Shown: positions 49,101-62,600, numbered from the whole stretch's first letter. The stretch is 62,804 nt of DNA, filler included, from Sphacelaria rigidula (GCA_964200075.2; 6 parts of 6 records of this genome joined end to end with filler, not necessarily neighbours in it); one strand, 5' to 3'. Numbers and translations are program-made. The notes: a model not told the origin generated them from the sequence alone.

Positions 49101-52100
49101 CCAGGCAAAAAGATACTCCGTTCGATTCTCGGAGCTGGATACGTACCTTCATCGGTCTCCCTCCTCCAGTTCATCCCGGAAAGTCTGCCGAATCGCAAAC
49201 CCCACCCTATGCACTCACTTCTTACCCTTTGTCATAGTACGCGTTCCGCTCTATATCACCACGTACCCCCATATGGGTGATTGAGCCATGCCCCTGACGT
49301 CGGGTCTCTCGGAGTCCGATGATGTCGCAGCCGGTTTCGGAACAGAGTCGGACGCCCGTTATGCTGTTCTGGCCGATGAGGTTCTTGCCTCTGTAAGCGA
49401 GTGTGCGGACCCTGAAGGTACCCGCAGCCAGCTCGCCCACGCGTGCCTTCACCCTGATGCTCGCTCGCCTCTGTCGAGCCGCTACGCGTAGGGAGTCGAT
49501 TTCTCTTCCGTTTCTTTTTAGATACTGTTTTATTTCTGTCCAAACAGCCCTAGCCCTGTTCGTGTCTTGGTACAGCACTACCCGCCAACACCGGCACTCA
49601 CCTCCTCCCCTTTAATGGCGCTTACTAACGTGGAGTTTCCTCGCCTCTGCAGTTCTCAGGCTATGGGTAGCACGCTTTTCGCGACAGTGGTTCGGTGCAG
49701 CTGCCGCGGGGACCGGTAGGTCCGCTGCCCTGCACCGTGCGAGACATCCTCCGCCTGCGCAGCCTCGTAGTCCTACTCTGTTGTGGCCTGGTGCGCCCGC
49801 TAAAGGTCCAGGCTCGACCCCAGCCAGGGGCCAGCCGGGCGGGGTGGGTGGGAGGGAGGGGCGTGCTTTTGCTTTTAACCGTAGCCTGGGAAACGATGTA
49901 CGCACTCTCTTTCATGTTCGGCCTTCGTTGGGGCTAGGATGAGGTTTGACGGGTAGGGTGTATTGGGCTAGCTGATATATCTAGATATATGCGAACATCC
50001 AAAAGGCGCCTGAGATGGTAAAAAGCCCTCACTCACGCGACACGATTATATATATATATATATTTATATATGTTGTGTGTGTATGTTGGTGGCGATCACC
50101 CGACAGGCCCAGACTTACTGTTTCTATCTAGGCGTCGCGTTTTCCATCAGAGCAACTATTCCGAACCCCCCTGAAGAACACAGGCCAACAAGAGGTCACT
50201 AGTACAGCTGGGCTGCTCAAGGGTTCATACTTGGGCCACCAGCCTCTTATCGGAACAACACCCAAGGTGCAAAGCATGCACAACGTGTTGAGGTGATCAG
50301 CTGCTATCGCTTGACCTGCACGTCGTTCGCTCCTGTGGGATGGTGGAACTTTCATGGTCATGTGTTGTGTTTGGTTCTTTGTCGCATTTTTGCATGTATC
50401 CCTGCGGTTGCTACGATTATTTTCCCTCCGAGCAATCAGATTATCTGTCTGCGGAAAACCTGTTTTTAAAACTCCGCAACGAGCTTTGGGCGTCCGTTCG
50501 TTTGACAGGATTTTCCCCGTCTTGTTCGCGGCGTGGTATCGCGCCGACAAATCACAGGGGGCGTGAAAGCAAACATGTGTTGGGAAAACGGACTCTCCTG
50601 TTTCGATCAAACAGGCCCTACGTCGTCGCGGTTGGAACGTTTTCGGCCAAAACAAATAGCCGCGAAGATATCTTCATCTATGTCTGAGATTTCGTTGCGT
50701 GATAATCGACACATGTTGGATTTTCACTCGAGGTTCGACAGTTGGTCTCTGAACTTTGGTCTCTGAACTTTCGAGACAGGAATCTCGCAGACCATTCGGA
50801 GAATATCATTCGTGGTGCTTTTATTTTTTGGAAAAAATAACAGCGAATTCCCACTCCGGCGATTCCCCTCATTGACGTAAGTCCATAGTGACATGAAGTT
50901 GGACAAAATACCATTAGGGATGCCCTTTGGATGCTCGATGCACTGGTCTCCTACGAATTTCACGTGTGCAGTGGAGAGCAAGGACACGATGTTTTGTATC
51001 GTCGCATTCATCCGCGGATAAAAACGTTCGCACACATGTACGATACAGATACAGCAGCAGTATTGCAGAGAATAGAGTACGCTGCACTACTGTTATATGG
51101 AGGTAATTGTGAACATTGTGCCAGATAAGCAGCAGCGGAGGCAGCAGTACTAACGATGTGTTGGCTGGTTTCACCTTGCAATTTTAGCATTCAGCACAGA
51201 GATCGTACGCATGCAAATGGGTGCCGCGTCTCCGAACGGCCATGGTTTGTCGGGAGGAGAAAGCACGAGGAGGTTCGAGCACCGCGGCAGAATGCTGACG
51301 GGCTGTGGATCCAAGCACTTGCGGTTTAGATGGATGTTCCCCGTGTCCTTGTCTGTGCGATGACATGTTTTCCTTTTGGTGGCCCCTCTTTTTTTTCGAA
51401 CACACTCTCGACCCTCCTTTTCCGGGGGGACGAGACCGTGGTCTTGGGATCAACCCACTTCTCCCCCGGTACCCCACCTTTCATTCTGGCATCGCGGATG
51501 GGATCATTGTCAGCACTCTCGCACCGCGTCGACTCGATACAAACCTCTTGTGGTACTCCCGTCCCTTCGCCGTCGACGACGGAAATAAGGTACTTGACGT
51601 CAGAAATAAACCGGGATGTATCTCTCATCAAAGTTTTCTGTAATCTCCTGCACGCTGTTGTGCCGTGCGGTGCCATGTTGGCCAAGTATGCGCACCGGGA
51701 GGTAAAGGCCATGAAGTGGAAGGACCCGCCAGAGGCTGAAAAACCGTACGAGATACAGGGGAGTAAACGTAGCGGATTGCTGGGGGGAAATGTGATGGAG
51801 AAGTAAATGAGCTTTCGTACACGGTTGTTCGCGCACTGGTTGCTGAAGTGTTGACTTTTCACTCCTGCCTTCCCACGCCGCCTATTTTGATATGAAATGA
51901 ACACTTTTGGCCATGAAAAGACGGTGGCGGGCGGAGAAACCGGAGCTGTCGTGGACGAGCATGCTGACACATGGGGCTTCTCTTGGATGCCCGCCATAGA
52001 GGACTTCGTTGACCAAGCGGCAGCGGCAGCTCGAGGCGAAGACCACGGAAGTAACGCGCCTCACGACATGGGGGATTCGCACGGGGACGACAGCGGAGTA

Positions 52101-52322
52101 GGCCGGAATAATACTGCTCCTGCTTTCTTTGACCCTGTGCGTTCGGTTGTTGAGTTTGTTTTCGTTATCTAGTTTTCCTCTTCGATGCATATGCGGCTCC
52201 CCGCCCATATTCGAGCGCTCGCGGCCATAGGACGATGATCTAGAGAGCGCACCCCCCCTATGTGGCACCCGATGAAGATGTGTCGAGCACTCGAGGCAAG
52301 CAACAAAGAAGTACGCCCCGCC

Positions 52323-52422
52323 NNNNNNNNNNNNNNNNNNNNNNNNNNNNNNNNNNNNNNNNNNNNTTAATTAATTAANNNNNNNNNNNNNNNNNNNNNN
52401 NNNNNNNNNNNNNNNNNNNNNN
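52323..52422. other. Artificial contig spacer
   Basis: Same structure. Confidence 0.98.
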
Positions 52423-52495
52423 CCGGGACGCGAACCCCACACCTCAACCATCAGAAGGTTACGAGGTTACCAACTGAGCCACCGGGGCGACCGGC
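52423..52495 (-). mobile_element. tRNA-derived head of the same SINE, at the contig edge
   Basis: GGTTACCAACTGAGCCACCGGGGCGACCGGC is near-identical to 850-880. Confidence 0.75.
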
Positions 52496-53297
52496 TTCTG
52501 TGTGAGACGCGCAAACAGCACACGCTCACAAGCGGCCAGCAACGATACGTTTTCAGTTATTTTTGACACGCACACGGTCGCCATTAGTCCGATACAGAGC
52601 GTATTTCTGTCAAACAAGAACTTCTGTGAGTAGGTTAGCAGGAACTAGCGCTGGAACTAATGTGTGTGACTGGTGGGTGTATGTGCGTGCTTTTTCGGGG
52701 CTTGGTGTGTAGGTGTTGTGTTGCCTTGTTGCGTCTTGTCTTTAGCTTTACACATTACACAGACCTTGGACGAACGATCACTTCCAGACCCGCAGCATTT
52801 CTGAACCTGCGTGCAGATCTGCGGTTCCATCTGTACAAAACTGCTTTTCGATAAGACTCCAAACAGGTCGTTGAGGGGGTAATCGCCGTTGAAAAGGGGA
52901 TTCTGATAAAGAGTAAAGTCCTTTTCGATGAGAAGGACCCTGACAGTGCGACATGAAAAGGACTTGAAGGATGTGCAGCTCTGTACTGCCTGCACTGTCC
53001 ACGGGCGTGCGCAAGTCGGTCGTCTACCCAACCACGCAGTTCCGTCGCCGATCTTTTCGATGAAAGAAGATACTTAACCTTTGACCAACAAAAAAATGAC
53101 ACGTGGTACCAACGACTGCAGTGTATTTATCCCTGTGCCCAGCTCGTGCTTTATGCTGCAGGGTTGCAACGGTGGCTGAGAATGAGTTGTGTGGGGTTTG
53201 CATGGTTCTGTGAATGGGTGGTATCTGGCGTGGTGGTCTGCAAGATAGGAGTCATACCCCTTCGCACCTTCCCTCCGCATGTTTTCGATCGAGAACG

Positions 53298-53820
53298 CCA
53301 AGGGCAGGTAGGGTAGGGTGTGTACTTTTGAATACTCGGGTGAAATCCCCGGGTATTTACTTCACCAAAGGTTTGGGTTGAGTACGGCCTCAAATACTCT
53401 ACTCAATTTTGGGTAGATTGGTACAACCTCAAATACTCCACCCAAATGTTGGGTGAGCACCCTTAGCAATATCCGGGCACAGAGTGTTTCTTGGGCATGA
53501 CCCCAGTACTTTACCAAAAATTCGGGTAAGTTGAGTGCGATAAAAAATATGCCGCCCAAATTTAGGGTAGATTGGGTACGGCCTCAAATACTCTACCCAA
53601 ATATTGGGTGAGCACTCTCAGCAATACCTGGGTATAGAGTATCACTTGAGTATTACCTCAATACCCAAAAATTGGGAAGTTGGGTGCGATCCAAAACACC
53701 CTACCCAAAAATTTGGGTAGATTGTGTGCCATTTCATCTCTCTACCCGAATGTTTGGGTACAAAGAGTATGACTTTTCAAATACCGAGTTATGCGTTTAC
53801 CCTGCCCGACCTGCCCTTGG
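53298..53820. mobile_element. TIR element filled with tandem subrepeats
   Basis: CCAAGGGCAGGTAGGGTAGGGT / ACCCTGCCCGACCTGCCCTTGG ends. Inside are recurrent CCTCAAATACTC.ACCCAAA..TTGGGT units with a higher-order period of about 155 bp. Confidence 0.75.
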
Positions 53821-54138
53821 AGCTCTTCTTTATTATCGAGAACCTCCGAGGGGGGTGGGCGAGGTCTTGGCCTGCATCTTGTGGGCCCTTTGGCCCCTCA
53901 ACTGATTTTCGCCGGATTTTTCAGGGATTTTTCGCCCACACGCAACAAACAACACCCGACTTTTGTACCGCTGTTGTTGCCAACCGCCTCTCCAGGCCGC
54001 CCAAAACGCCCTTTCAAGAGGGACTGGCTTGCGGGAGTACAAACATTGCAAATATGTATAGTGCGTTGAGGCAGCATCTCAGAGAAGAGGCGTTGTCAAC
54101 AATACCGAAACACGCCGCAGTCGACTATGGACGCTCAC

Positions 54139-54645
54139 CTTCAACACACCCTCAATTCCGGCGCTCTGCACATCGCCTACCGACATGGTGGAGGAGATCA
54201 CCATGGACTTGACGCCAGCCTTCTTGGCGATTTCCACGGAATCCTTGACTTTGTCACCCAAGCAGTTGAAGCACAGCCATGCAGAGCATCCCTGTAGCTT
54301 CTCCTCCATCGACGCCCCGTCATAAACGTCTCCTTCGTCGAACTCGAGCACGTCTAGGAGACCAGTGTAGCGAGACTTGCGGCTGATGAGCCGCTTTCTC
54401 GCGAACGATATGCTGTCGGAGAAGGCTACTATTTTCTCCCACTTGCCCTGCGCGTGCAAGATATCAAATACAAACTGATCCGTCCGCTCCTTGGAGTTTA
54501 AAAACCCCGTCACCATGACTTTTCCGCCGTCAGCGACCATGACAGCATCGCCCAGCCCAGCCCGAGATGCCCTTGGCCTGCTTCTCTCACTCACTACGGG
54601 AACATTTGAAACTGACGTCCCCGCAAAGGAGCGCACGCTCAGAGG
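54139..54645 (-). CDS. Exon 2, NAD(P)-binding Rossmann-like protein of unknown function
   Basis: GCCAG|CCT acceptor in phase 0; 169 codons; AAG|GTGAGC donor. A Ser/Arg-rich transit peptide precedes KVMVTG...EGDVYD...LQGC...AKKAGVKSMVISS, an atypical SDR/NmrA-like topology. Confidence 0.75.
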
Positions 54646-54982
54646 CTGGCAGTTACGTGCGTAACGCAAGCATGCAAGTAGGACAAAGGAAAACAAGAGA
54701 CGGAGAGGGTGCACACATGTGAACAGGTTCGACTGCCAACTCAGCAACAAGCGAAAGGTGGCACCTGGACCACATACCTCAAATTTGACAGAGCACTCCG
54801 TGCAAACGCACTATGGAACCCTAGGACAGGCAGCTGTCTAGGGCGCTGCATTTTCGCCATGAACAAGGGGGAACTGTACCCTACTACACTACGGTAAGGC
54901 ACAGTCAGCCAAGTGTAATGCGTGTGCAGCGCTCGCTTCTTACCTCACAAGGCCCAGTACAACATGATAGACGCATACTCAC

Positions 54983-55042
54983 AGGGAGAAAGCCATCCAC
55001 ACTGACGACGGCTGCCAAGCCTAAAATGAGTGTATGCCGCAT
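54983..55042 (-). CDS. Exon 1 (signal peptide) of a plastid-targeted Rossmann-like protein
   Basis: MRHTLILGLAAVVSVDGF-LP is a signal peptide ending in an ASAFAP-like G|F site. It is exactly 20 codons, followed by the donor GTGAGT. Confidence 0.75.
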
Positions 55043-58000
55043 GATACCGCAATCTGTCGACGAAGCAAGCGCCTGAAAATGGTCCGCGGCAGTAAAGAGG
55101 TGCTCTTGTTCGCTTGGTGAGGTATGACAAAAAGCACGAATGAACAGGGCGTCGCGCCTGATTTTTGTGTCACGTTCTTTACCACCCTTCAACGAAGAGT
55201 CGTGCGTCGTGGACTAAACGAAAAAAAACGATGAACTACGGAGTCAGGTCACTTCTTCATAAAGAGTATGGTTAAAATCTACAAAAAGACACTGTGGTTA
55301 GGTCTCGACGAAATTTTGAGTCCAATTTTACCAACAGCAAGGTGCAAACTGACGATTAATATTTCCCCTTATGAAGACATGATCATACTAATACTGGTCA
55401 CTCAGAACCATGAGTCGTTTTCCATTAAGTCCTGTACCCAACCTGTACCCGACTGTACCGCACATATAATTGCTATAACGTTCTCGACCACCCCCCCAAA
55501 AATCATGCGCGGCGGGGTCAGAGGAGTGGATGGCCACGTTAATGCTGCTGCACAGATATATTATTTCCATTACCTGCAGCTATGTCGCCAATGGGGTTTA
55601 ATAAATTCGACCGGGTGGGGCGCACCAACCAACGATGGAAGAGAAGTTTTCCCTAAAGTATCCAAGACATCACAGGATATGTTCAGACACATAAAAGTCA
55701 TTTTCCATGATTCCCGTCCAACACTGGAATGTTGTCACATGTCAGAGCCTGTTCACACCGCACGAATTCTGTCACGCTGAACCTCTGCTGATAGGTGAAA
55801 TCAGCTACCAGTTGTCATATGTTGGAAGCAACCTGATTTGTCTCTGAGGCTACCGTGCGGGTTGAGATATCTCAAACTGTGTAGGCGTGGTGGGGGGGGG
55901 CGGAGTGGTGAATCACTTGGAATCTTCGAATGCGGTGTAAAAGTGAAACATACGGTATCCAAAACGAGCAGGTGGTAATTGCGCCGCCTTGAGGTGGTGT
56001 GGCGCTGGGGGGAAGCCCTTTTTCCCGCACCCATGCATGTAAGTACCAATCAAGGTAAGTTGCCGTTAGTATTATTGATGTAGCAGAAGTACGCAGGCCG
56101 CTGTTACTTGGGTGGCACGTAAAGTGTGCTTCGGGGATCACGACGCAAGGTGTATACAGCACGTACGTATCTGCACTACTGTGCTGCTCGATAGCGAGAC
56201 CGTGAGCTGGCAGCATCAATAAGCCTTTGTGATTCTGTAAAAGGATACGACGAGTGTTATCCAAATCGAACAGACAGGTGGTCGTGTTGCCTGCTCAACT
56301 GGGTGCGCAGACGGGTCAGCATGAAGCACGTCGAGGAGAGCGGTCAAGCACGCACTCGAAGGTTGTTTCCAGCGTTCGGCTCGTTGATCATGCCAACGAA
56401 ACGCAGTATTTCTCTCGGCAAAACGCGAATAATCATCAAACAGCTCGAAAACACCGCCGGCGCGCATATCCGTCGCCAGCGCTGCACTGTCTCCGCAAAA
56501 ATCAAAGTGGATACCACCGCTTGAATCAGATTTTCTCCTGTCTAACTGATACACTCTCCTGGTTCAGATTGATCTTTTTCGTGAGGCATAGCCGACGCTT
56601 CGGCCAAAAGCGCCACAATATTGTACCACCTCCCATTTAACTACAATAGTATTGAACCTAAAGGTACATCGATCATGCACGTACGATCGATGTATCACGA
56701 CATATTTTTGTATACACCATGTCGGGTAAACCGACTCCATCCCGGAAGAGATACGGCCTTGAATATACAGACCTGTGGGTGTGTATACAAAAATCAACAT
56801 TATACATTCTTTGTGTACAGAAATGAATATTTTATATTCCCGGGCAGACTCAATCAAGACGCAAAAAAATCATCATGGTGGTGGCCCGCTTCCGATGCCG
56901 AGTCTTGTCGCTCCGCCCCACTGCGTTCAGAATGTAAATCTCAATCCCAGATCTCGGCGGAAGACTTCGACCCGCGGATAATGGGGCCTTCTGATGGGCC
57001 CGTCTGGCCCATGATCAAACTAATTGCGGCTGCGCGAGTCTGACCAATCGTCACAAAAGCTGTGACTGCCCGAACATATTTATTTCCGAATATGATCCCC
57101 CGAACACCACCACCCCGTCCTCAGGCTCCCAGGACTCGCCAACATAGGGTATATGATGAGCTGCCTCCGACGCGTCGCTCGCTGTTGCCCTGTGCTGACG
57201 CTGCGGCGGCGGCTCCTGGTGCTGTGGTGACCGCCCCCGCCGGGGCTCTGTGGCCGGTTCGCTCTTTGCCAGAGATGTTCTAGGCGTGGTATATAGCGAC
57301 GATTTTGCCCTACAATGCTCCGAAGAGCTTCGCTGATGCGGCGATGCTTTTTGTTACTAGAAGGGACTCCTCAGTAAATCGCTCAGTCGGTGCAGACTGA
57401 AACGTCAAGTTAGTAGTTTGTTCCAACGAACAACAAAAATAACTGAGAGCTCGAAAGCTCTCCGGTCCCGACCCGGAGGAACATTGCCCCTCGCAAGCGC
57501 CACTAACGTTTCTCAGTTTTCCAAGGTTACTTTGTGTAGGGTACACCCAGAAGTGGGGGATCTTTGATTGGTATACCAAACCATACCGGAATACGTACCG
57601 AACAATCCGGGATGGTTCGGCAGGGTATCGAGCCCTGTTCCGAACAATTCGCTATGGTTCGGAAGGGTGTTTGCCGATAAAATGTCCCTTTTATGCTCCT
57701 GTAAATACCCTACGTTTAGCCGTTATACTATCTCGGCAATGGTCCCCACAGAACACAACCTTGCAACTTTCCCGTCAATACACTAGGGAAGAGACTCAGA
57801 GTCGTACTGGGTAGTTCCTCCTAACGAATAGGTGCGCCACACGGTAACTACTCCCTGCCGATGCTTTTGTCCCGTTCGCACCTACTGCCTCTGCGATATG
57901 CTTTATCCTCGACCTTCCATTTTCGCTTTGTAATTACCTTTGCCATGTGATACAGTAGATAGGTGTCAATCACCCACGTATGTAAAAAAAAAAACAGTGA

Positions 58001-59758
58001 TACTGGCTGGGATTGCTACGGATTGGGTAATGCATGAACAGGAACGCCCCCTCGTCGCCGGCGTCCATAAATATTGCCCCTGTACCCCTCTCCTTCACGC
58101 GCCGTATGTCGGCAACCCGGTCAATCATGGCTTCAGAGTTGACCCAGCTCTTCATACTCCCCAACTGCCCCACGCCATGTGTCGGCAACACGGTCAACCA
58201 CGGCTTTATACTCGACCCATACTTCCCAACTGCATGCAGATAATGCTTGCGTTGCCTGGAGCGTAAATACGACAGGGTGGGGCCAGGAGGGAACGAAAGG
58301 TGTTCAATCACCGTTTCCTCTTTGACGTCACAGCGGGAGCAATCGCCATTTGCAAGCGCTGCGCCACACATGTCTGCAGCATCCGACTCAAGAGATACTT
58401 CTCACAATGCACGCACGGATGGCGCGCGTGAACCGGGAAAGCACATCGTCATCTTGCCACGAAAAACATGTCACGAGTGTCAGGGAAAAGGACATGGACA
58501 AGCTTGCATGACTAGGACTACAAAACCAAGTGAACACGATATGAAACAACTAATTCCACCTGTTGTAGCTCAATTTCCATGCACGTGTTGCAATCACCAC
58601 GTTCGACTGCAGTCCTCGCCACCGCGCACATTGAAGCTCCTTCGTTGAACACGGAGAGTGTACGCCCTCCTTGCTCCCCATTCCAGTGCCACGCAAGTAC
58701 GGTCGTGTATATTTGCTGCCACTATCTCTCCTTACCTCCGGTGCTCCCATACGCGTGAGAGGGAAGAAGGTGGGTTTCATATCGCCACGCAGGTCGCGGC
58801 TGCAGCACATACGTTGATCTCACCCGCACTAAGAGCCGCCTTGGGCTCAAATCGCAGTTGCCTTGAAGGATCGCACCTGAGCTCACCGCAAGGGGCAGTA
58901 GGTATTTGTCCAACTTGGCCCTCACAAAGTGCTGCTCACGCATATATCGCATGGAATCTGCCATGCAGAAACGATGAGCAGCGGGGAAAACGATAACTTG
59001 TCTCGGTGTCCCGTGCGTTTTGAACACCTGCGCCAACTTGAAGTCGTGCACCGCTCAAAGTTCTCGCTTAACACGGTATTGATAAGATTTCACATCATCA
59101 TGTTTAGCCTCCTAAGCCACCTCTTCTTATTGGTGTCCTCCTATTTTGAAGCCCTATGCCTTGCCTTCTTGCGATGCGTAGAGGCGCTGATACGCGACGC
59201 AGCACCCACCCCTTCGCCTTGTCCACACTTTGCCCGCTGTGCCACACCACCGTGGGGGGGGGTTCTAAGGTTTTCCCAAGAGTGTTCCTAGAGGACGATA
59301 CAGTCCTTGACTATCGCCGTTAATCTATGGTGCCCGAGCAGTACCTCGCCTCAAAACGAGTGTATCTTCCCACACGCCGTTATGCCTCGGCCACGAGTTT
59401 TTTCTACAATCGAGGCTGTAGCTCACGCCCTGCAACTGGTAGGTCCCCTTGCCAAGTGTAACAACACTGGATCGAAGTGCGTTGAGTATTTCACTCTACT
59501 ATTTGTGCTGTAGCGCATGCATACGCGTATAGTACATACATCTTATGCCCACTGGCAGTGTAGCTGTGGCTGTGCGGTCGGTCTGAACATCTCGCGAGTC
59601 GTGAGCAAATATTGCCGAATACCACCCGTGTTTCATAGTCTATAGCAAGGGGTGCTAACAGGTTGGCATTCCCCTATGTAGGTACCCCACTTCCAAGTCG
59701 GGCGGGAAGATACAGATATGGAGTGGGATAAGGAATAAGTTTAGTTCAGTAGTACTAA

Positions 59759-59856
59759 TCCTTTGACCGACAGGGTTAGTCACCAGATAAATGGACATCA
59801 TGGTCACTCAAAATATGTATGCAAAACCTAGATTATCGACCTTGGCGGTCAGAGGG
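59759..59856. mobile_element. Diverged copy of the 98-bp MITE
   Basis: CTAA-TCCTTTGACCG...CGGTCAGAGGG-TTAG; exactly 98 bp. Confidence 0.65.
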
Positions 59857-59949
59857 TTAGGTTTCACTCGTTTAGAAATGTGAGGCAACAGACGCAGCCT
59901 GGGCCTGAAAAATAAGGCGGCTGCTTCCAAGTTGTTTGTTCTGTATGAT

Positions 59950-62150
59950 TCGTGATAGCGTACACACACACCAGTACGTGAGCTACGTGCTTTCAGTGTA
60001 TCTACGTCGGCCAAAAATGTACGCTGTTGTCCCAAGTGTGCGACAAATGCTTGTGTCATGAGCAACTGAGTAAACGAGCAGGCAGCTCCACCATGCAGGA
60101 GCCACAAACAAAGACTTTTCCTAGCACGATAGCAGCAGCCTGCAATATGAAATCCACAATTAGGATACCGAGTCGCTGGTGCACATGCGCCTGACTGTGT
60201 TGGTAGGGTGCAGCAGCTGCTGCTGTTCTGTGCACATGTCATCCGCAAGGTAGATATTGCGTCACCGCGCCGTACAATAAGTATTGCGGCCATCAGTCGG
60301 AGAGTATAACTGGTTGTGCTGCACATTTTGGGGGGTTGTTGTGTTTAAGCTCTATGCCTTGGACACGCAGCCCTTGCTCGTGAAGCTCGAATGCTGTTTT
60401 CCCCAAGGCTTGCAGAACACGACAGGGGCAGAATTGTTTACACGACGTTCAAGTTGTCATGATACGTACAGGTACGGCGCTGGTGAATGTGCTTTCCCCA
60501 CTTCGCGCACCCCATGCGTAGCACCTGGTCCATCCCATTGAGTCATACGGGCGGATGTTCGTGGCGTTTCGCCTCTCTACGGTAGCCTGGCAGTAGAGCT
60601 ATCGATACTAGTTGAAGCAATGATCTGCCATCTATTATTAAGTTACCTAGCTACTCCGACCTTGGTGTTGTTTCGTTTTTAGTTGGAGACAAAATATATG
60701 TTTTAACCAGCGATGTGAACGTCTGGAAGTGTGACACATGATTCGGTGGTGTTTGATGTGCGTCGTTCAGGAGAAGATGAGCGACCCCGATCAAAAGCCC
60801 TCTTGCGCGCAGCCGACCTTCGCGTGCAAAAAAATTAAGAGATTGGTTTGATGGTGTCGGAACCCATGAATCAGATATGCGAAACACTGACTTCAAGCTG
60901 GGAGTTACGACCTTTCGTTTCTACTGCACGAAATATTTTTATGGTGAGATACTCATGAACCGTTGTGTAGCTTGTGCTGTCCCTGGAAGTGGCGTTACCA
61001 GAAAATGAGGCAATTCCTTCGAGGCTATCATCCGTTGTAAGATAATCAGAACGCTTCGGGCCGAACAACCTTAGCAGGATGCAGCTCGCCCTTCATATGA
61101 CTCGCTGAATACATCACGGTGCTTCGCGCTTGGTGACTGCGAACCTGATCCGGCGAAAACCCGGCGTGCTCCGTTCCGTCTTTGTACGGATGTGAAGTGA
61201 ATGGCCTTATGGTCTTGAGTACACCCAGCTTCATGTGCATCTTCGTGCATTCTTGTGACGAGAAGGGTTGTGGAGATGATGTTTCGCATCGGCTAGTGCT
61301 GAGGGCATTCCTCGCCATGGTTTACATATACCTTGCGTTTGTTAGGTGACCAGTTTGTTGGGTGACCAAGTACACAAACAATTCCCGCAGAAGATTTGCT
61401 CGTGGGCTTGTAGATTATCCTCCCTCCCTTATCACCCACCCGTTTCGCGACTTTCTGTTACCTCCGTTCCACTTTGCCGGGTGATGTTGTTTGCCGCGGT
61501 GATCGGGCCGGAAATCGAATGCGGTACCTTGAGGTCACTGGGAGGTTCGAGTCATATCTTCGAGTCGCAGACATGAAAAAATTATGTGTCCTTACCATAT
61601 ACTTGTGGTGGCCCATCCATTATGTAGGACGTTTTCCATCCAATCATTTGACCTACCTTACAATATTACCACAAAAATGCAGCCATACATCACAGAAATA
61701 TTGCGAGTGGCAACCGCAATCGGAAGGACATTCAAGGGAAGTCGCTGTCCGCCCCGGTGTTTCAATGGAAACCGGTAGACTTTTGTTTTAAAAGGTGTAC
61801 AACATTCGTCACTCATCGTAACATTGCCGCCTGCCGAGCAACCGAAATATATTTGTTGTTTCAGCCGCTCCGTTATCATGCCTTTCTTTGCGACGCCGAT
61901 TTTCTCCCGCCTACCGCAACGCTATGCACTTCTGAAAGATCCATAAAGCCCATGACATAGGCTATCACATGATCAAAGGCCTCGCCACAAACGCCACAGC
62001 AGAAAAGCTCGGTGTGTCGAACGCTTGGTGCCCGGGGTCCGCGCTGCCAGGAATCAATGGCAAGTAGTATAGCTTGAAGAATGTCGGTACACGTGAAATT
62101 GCGCCAAGTCTGGTTGCGATTCGTGCAGTACAGCACCAACTGTATTTATA
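59950..62150 (-). pseudogene. Possible highly decayed piggyBac-like transposase
   Basis: Minus frame at ~61560-61730 reads FRLRLPLAIFL*CMAAFLW*YCKVGQMIGWKTSYIMDGPPQVYGKDT*FFHVCDS, resembling KIRPL...VDEQMI.WKG....Y.P.KP.K.G...CDS. A Cys-rich stretch lies near 60050-60250. The similarity is weak and seen by eye only. Confidence 0.3.
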
Positions 62151-62365
62151 GGATGTATAGTTCCAGGTACCTCGTCCACTATTCTCCGGGAACCATCAAC
62201 ACAAGCACCTTCAATGTCTGCCTCCCGCTTTTATTAGCGCCAATTCTTCAATTCGTCGGGGTATTCACAGCATAATCTCTGGCACGCACAATTTTAAGTT
62301 TGGTCGCTGTGACAGATAACAGGAACTCCATCACAGCGAGTACTTGAGTATCCCGGCGGGTGTGG

Positions 62366-62600
62366 GAGTCATCCTACGATAGGGGGGGGGGTATTTTGGG
62401 TCACTTCTTGCACGAAATTTTAAATCAAATCGTCGGTGAAAGCAGCAACGGTTGCTCGAACGAGCTTGTTATGCATAAATAACGCTCATTCATACCGATC
62501 GACACCGTTTTGAACCAACTACGAGCGCACCGCGAGTGTGGCAGGTCGCCTGACACACTTTTGAGCCTCTTTTTTCGTGCAACCAAATACCCTCCCCCCC
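62366..62600. mobile_element. GAGTCATCC-TIR MITE copy, right end truncated
   Basis: Homologous to 31018-31255. Confidence 0.8.

Larger units (their letters stand above)
42780..49600 (-). mobile_element. Degenerate RTE-type LINE (APE endonuclease plus RT), split by nested insertions
   Basis: APE N-terminus GTFRVRTL...DIIGLRETRR (~49290-49450). APE C-terminus LLDFV...VANTF...SDHNL (~47480-47740). RT: LFKNG...CGNCRGISL...[43 protein letters not shown]. Confidence 0.88.

Noticed and set aside
51326..51997. 223-aa ORF and overlapping ORFs
   Set aside because: No recognisable domain or supportable splice structure; left unassigned.
52760..52945. Third exon of the Rossmann-like gene
   Set aside because: An open frame with possible AG/GT ends exists, but the sequence does not resemble the expected continuation and the phase was not convincing.
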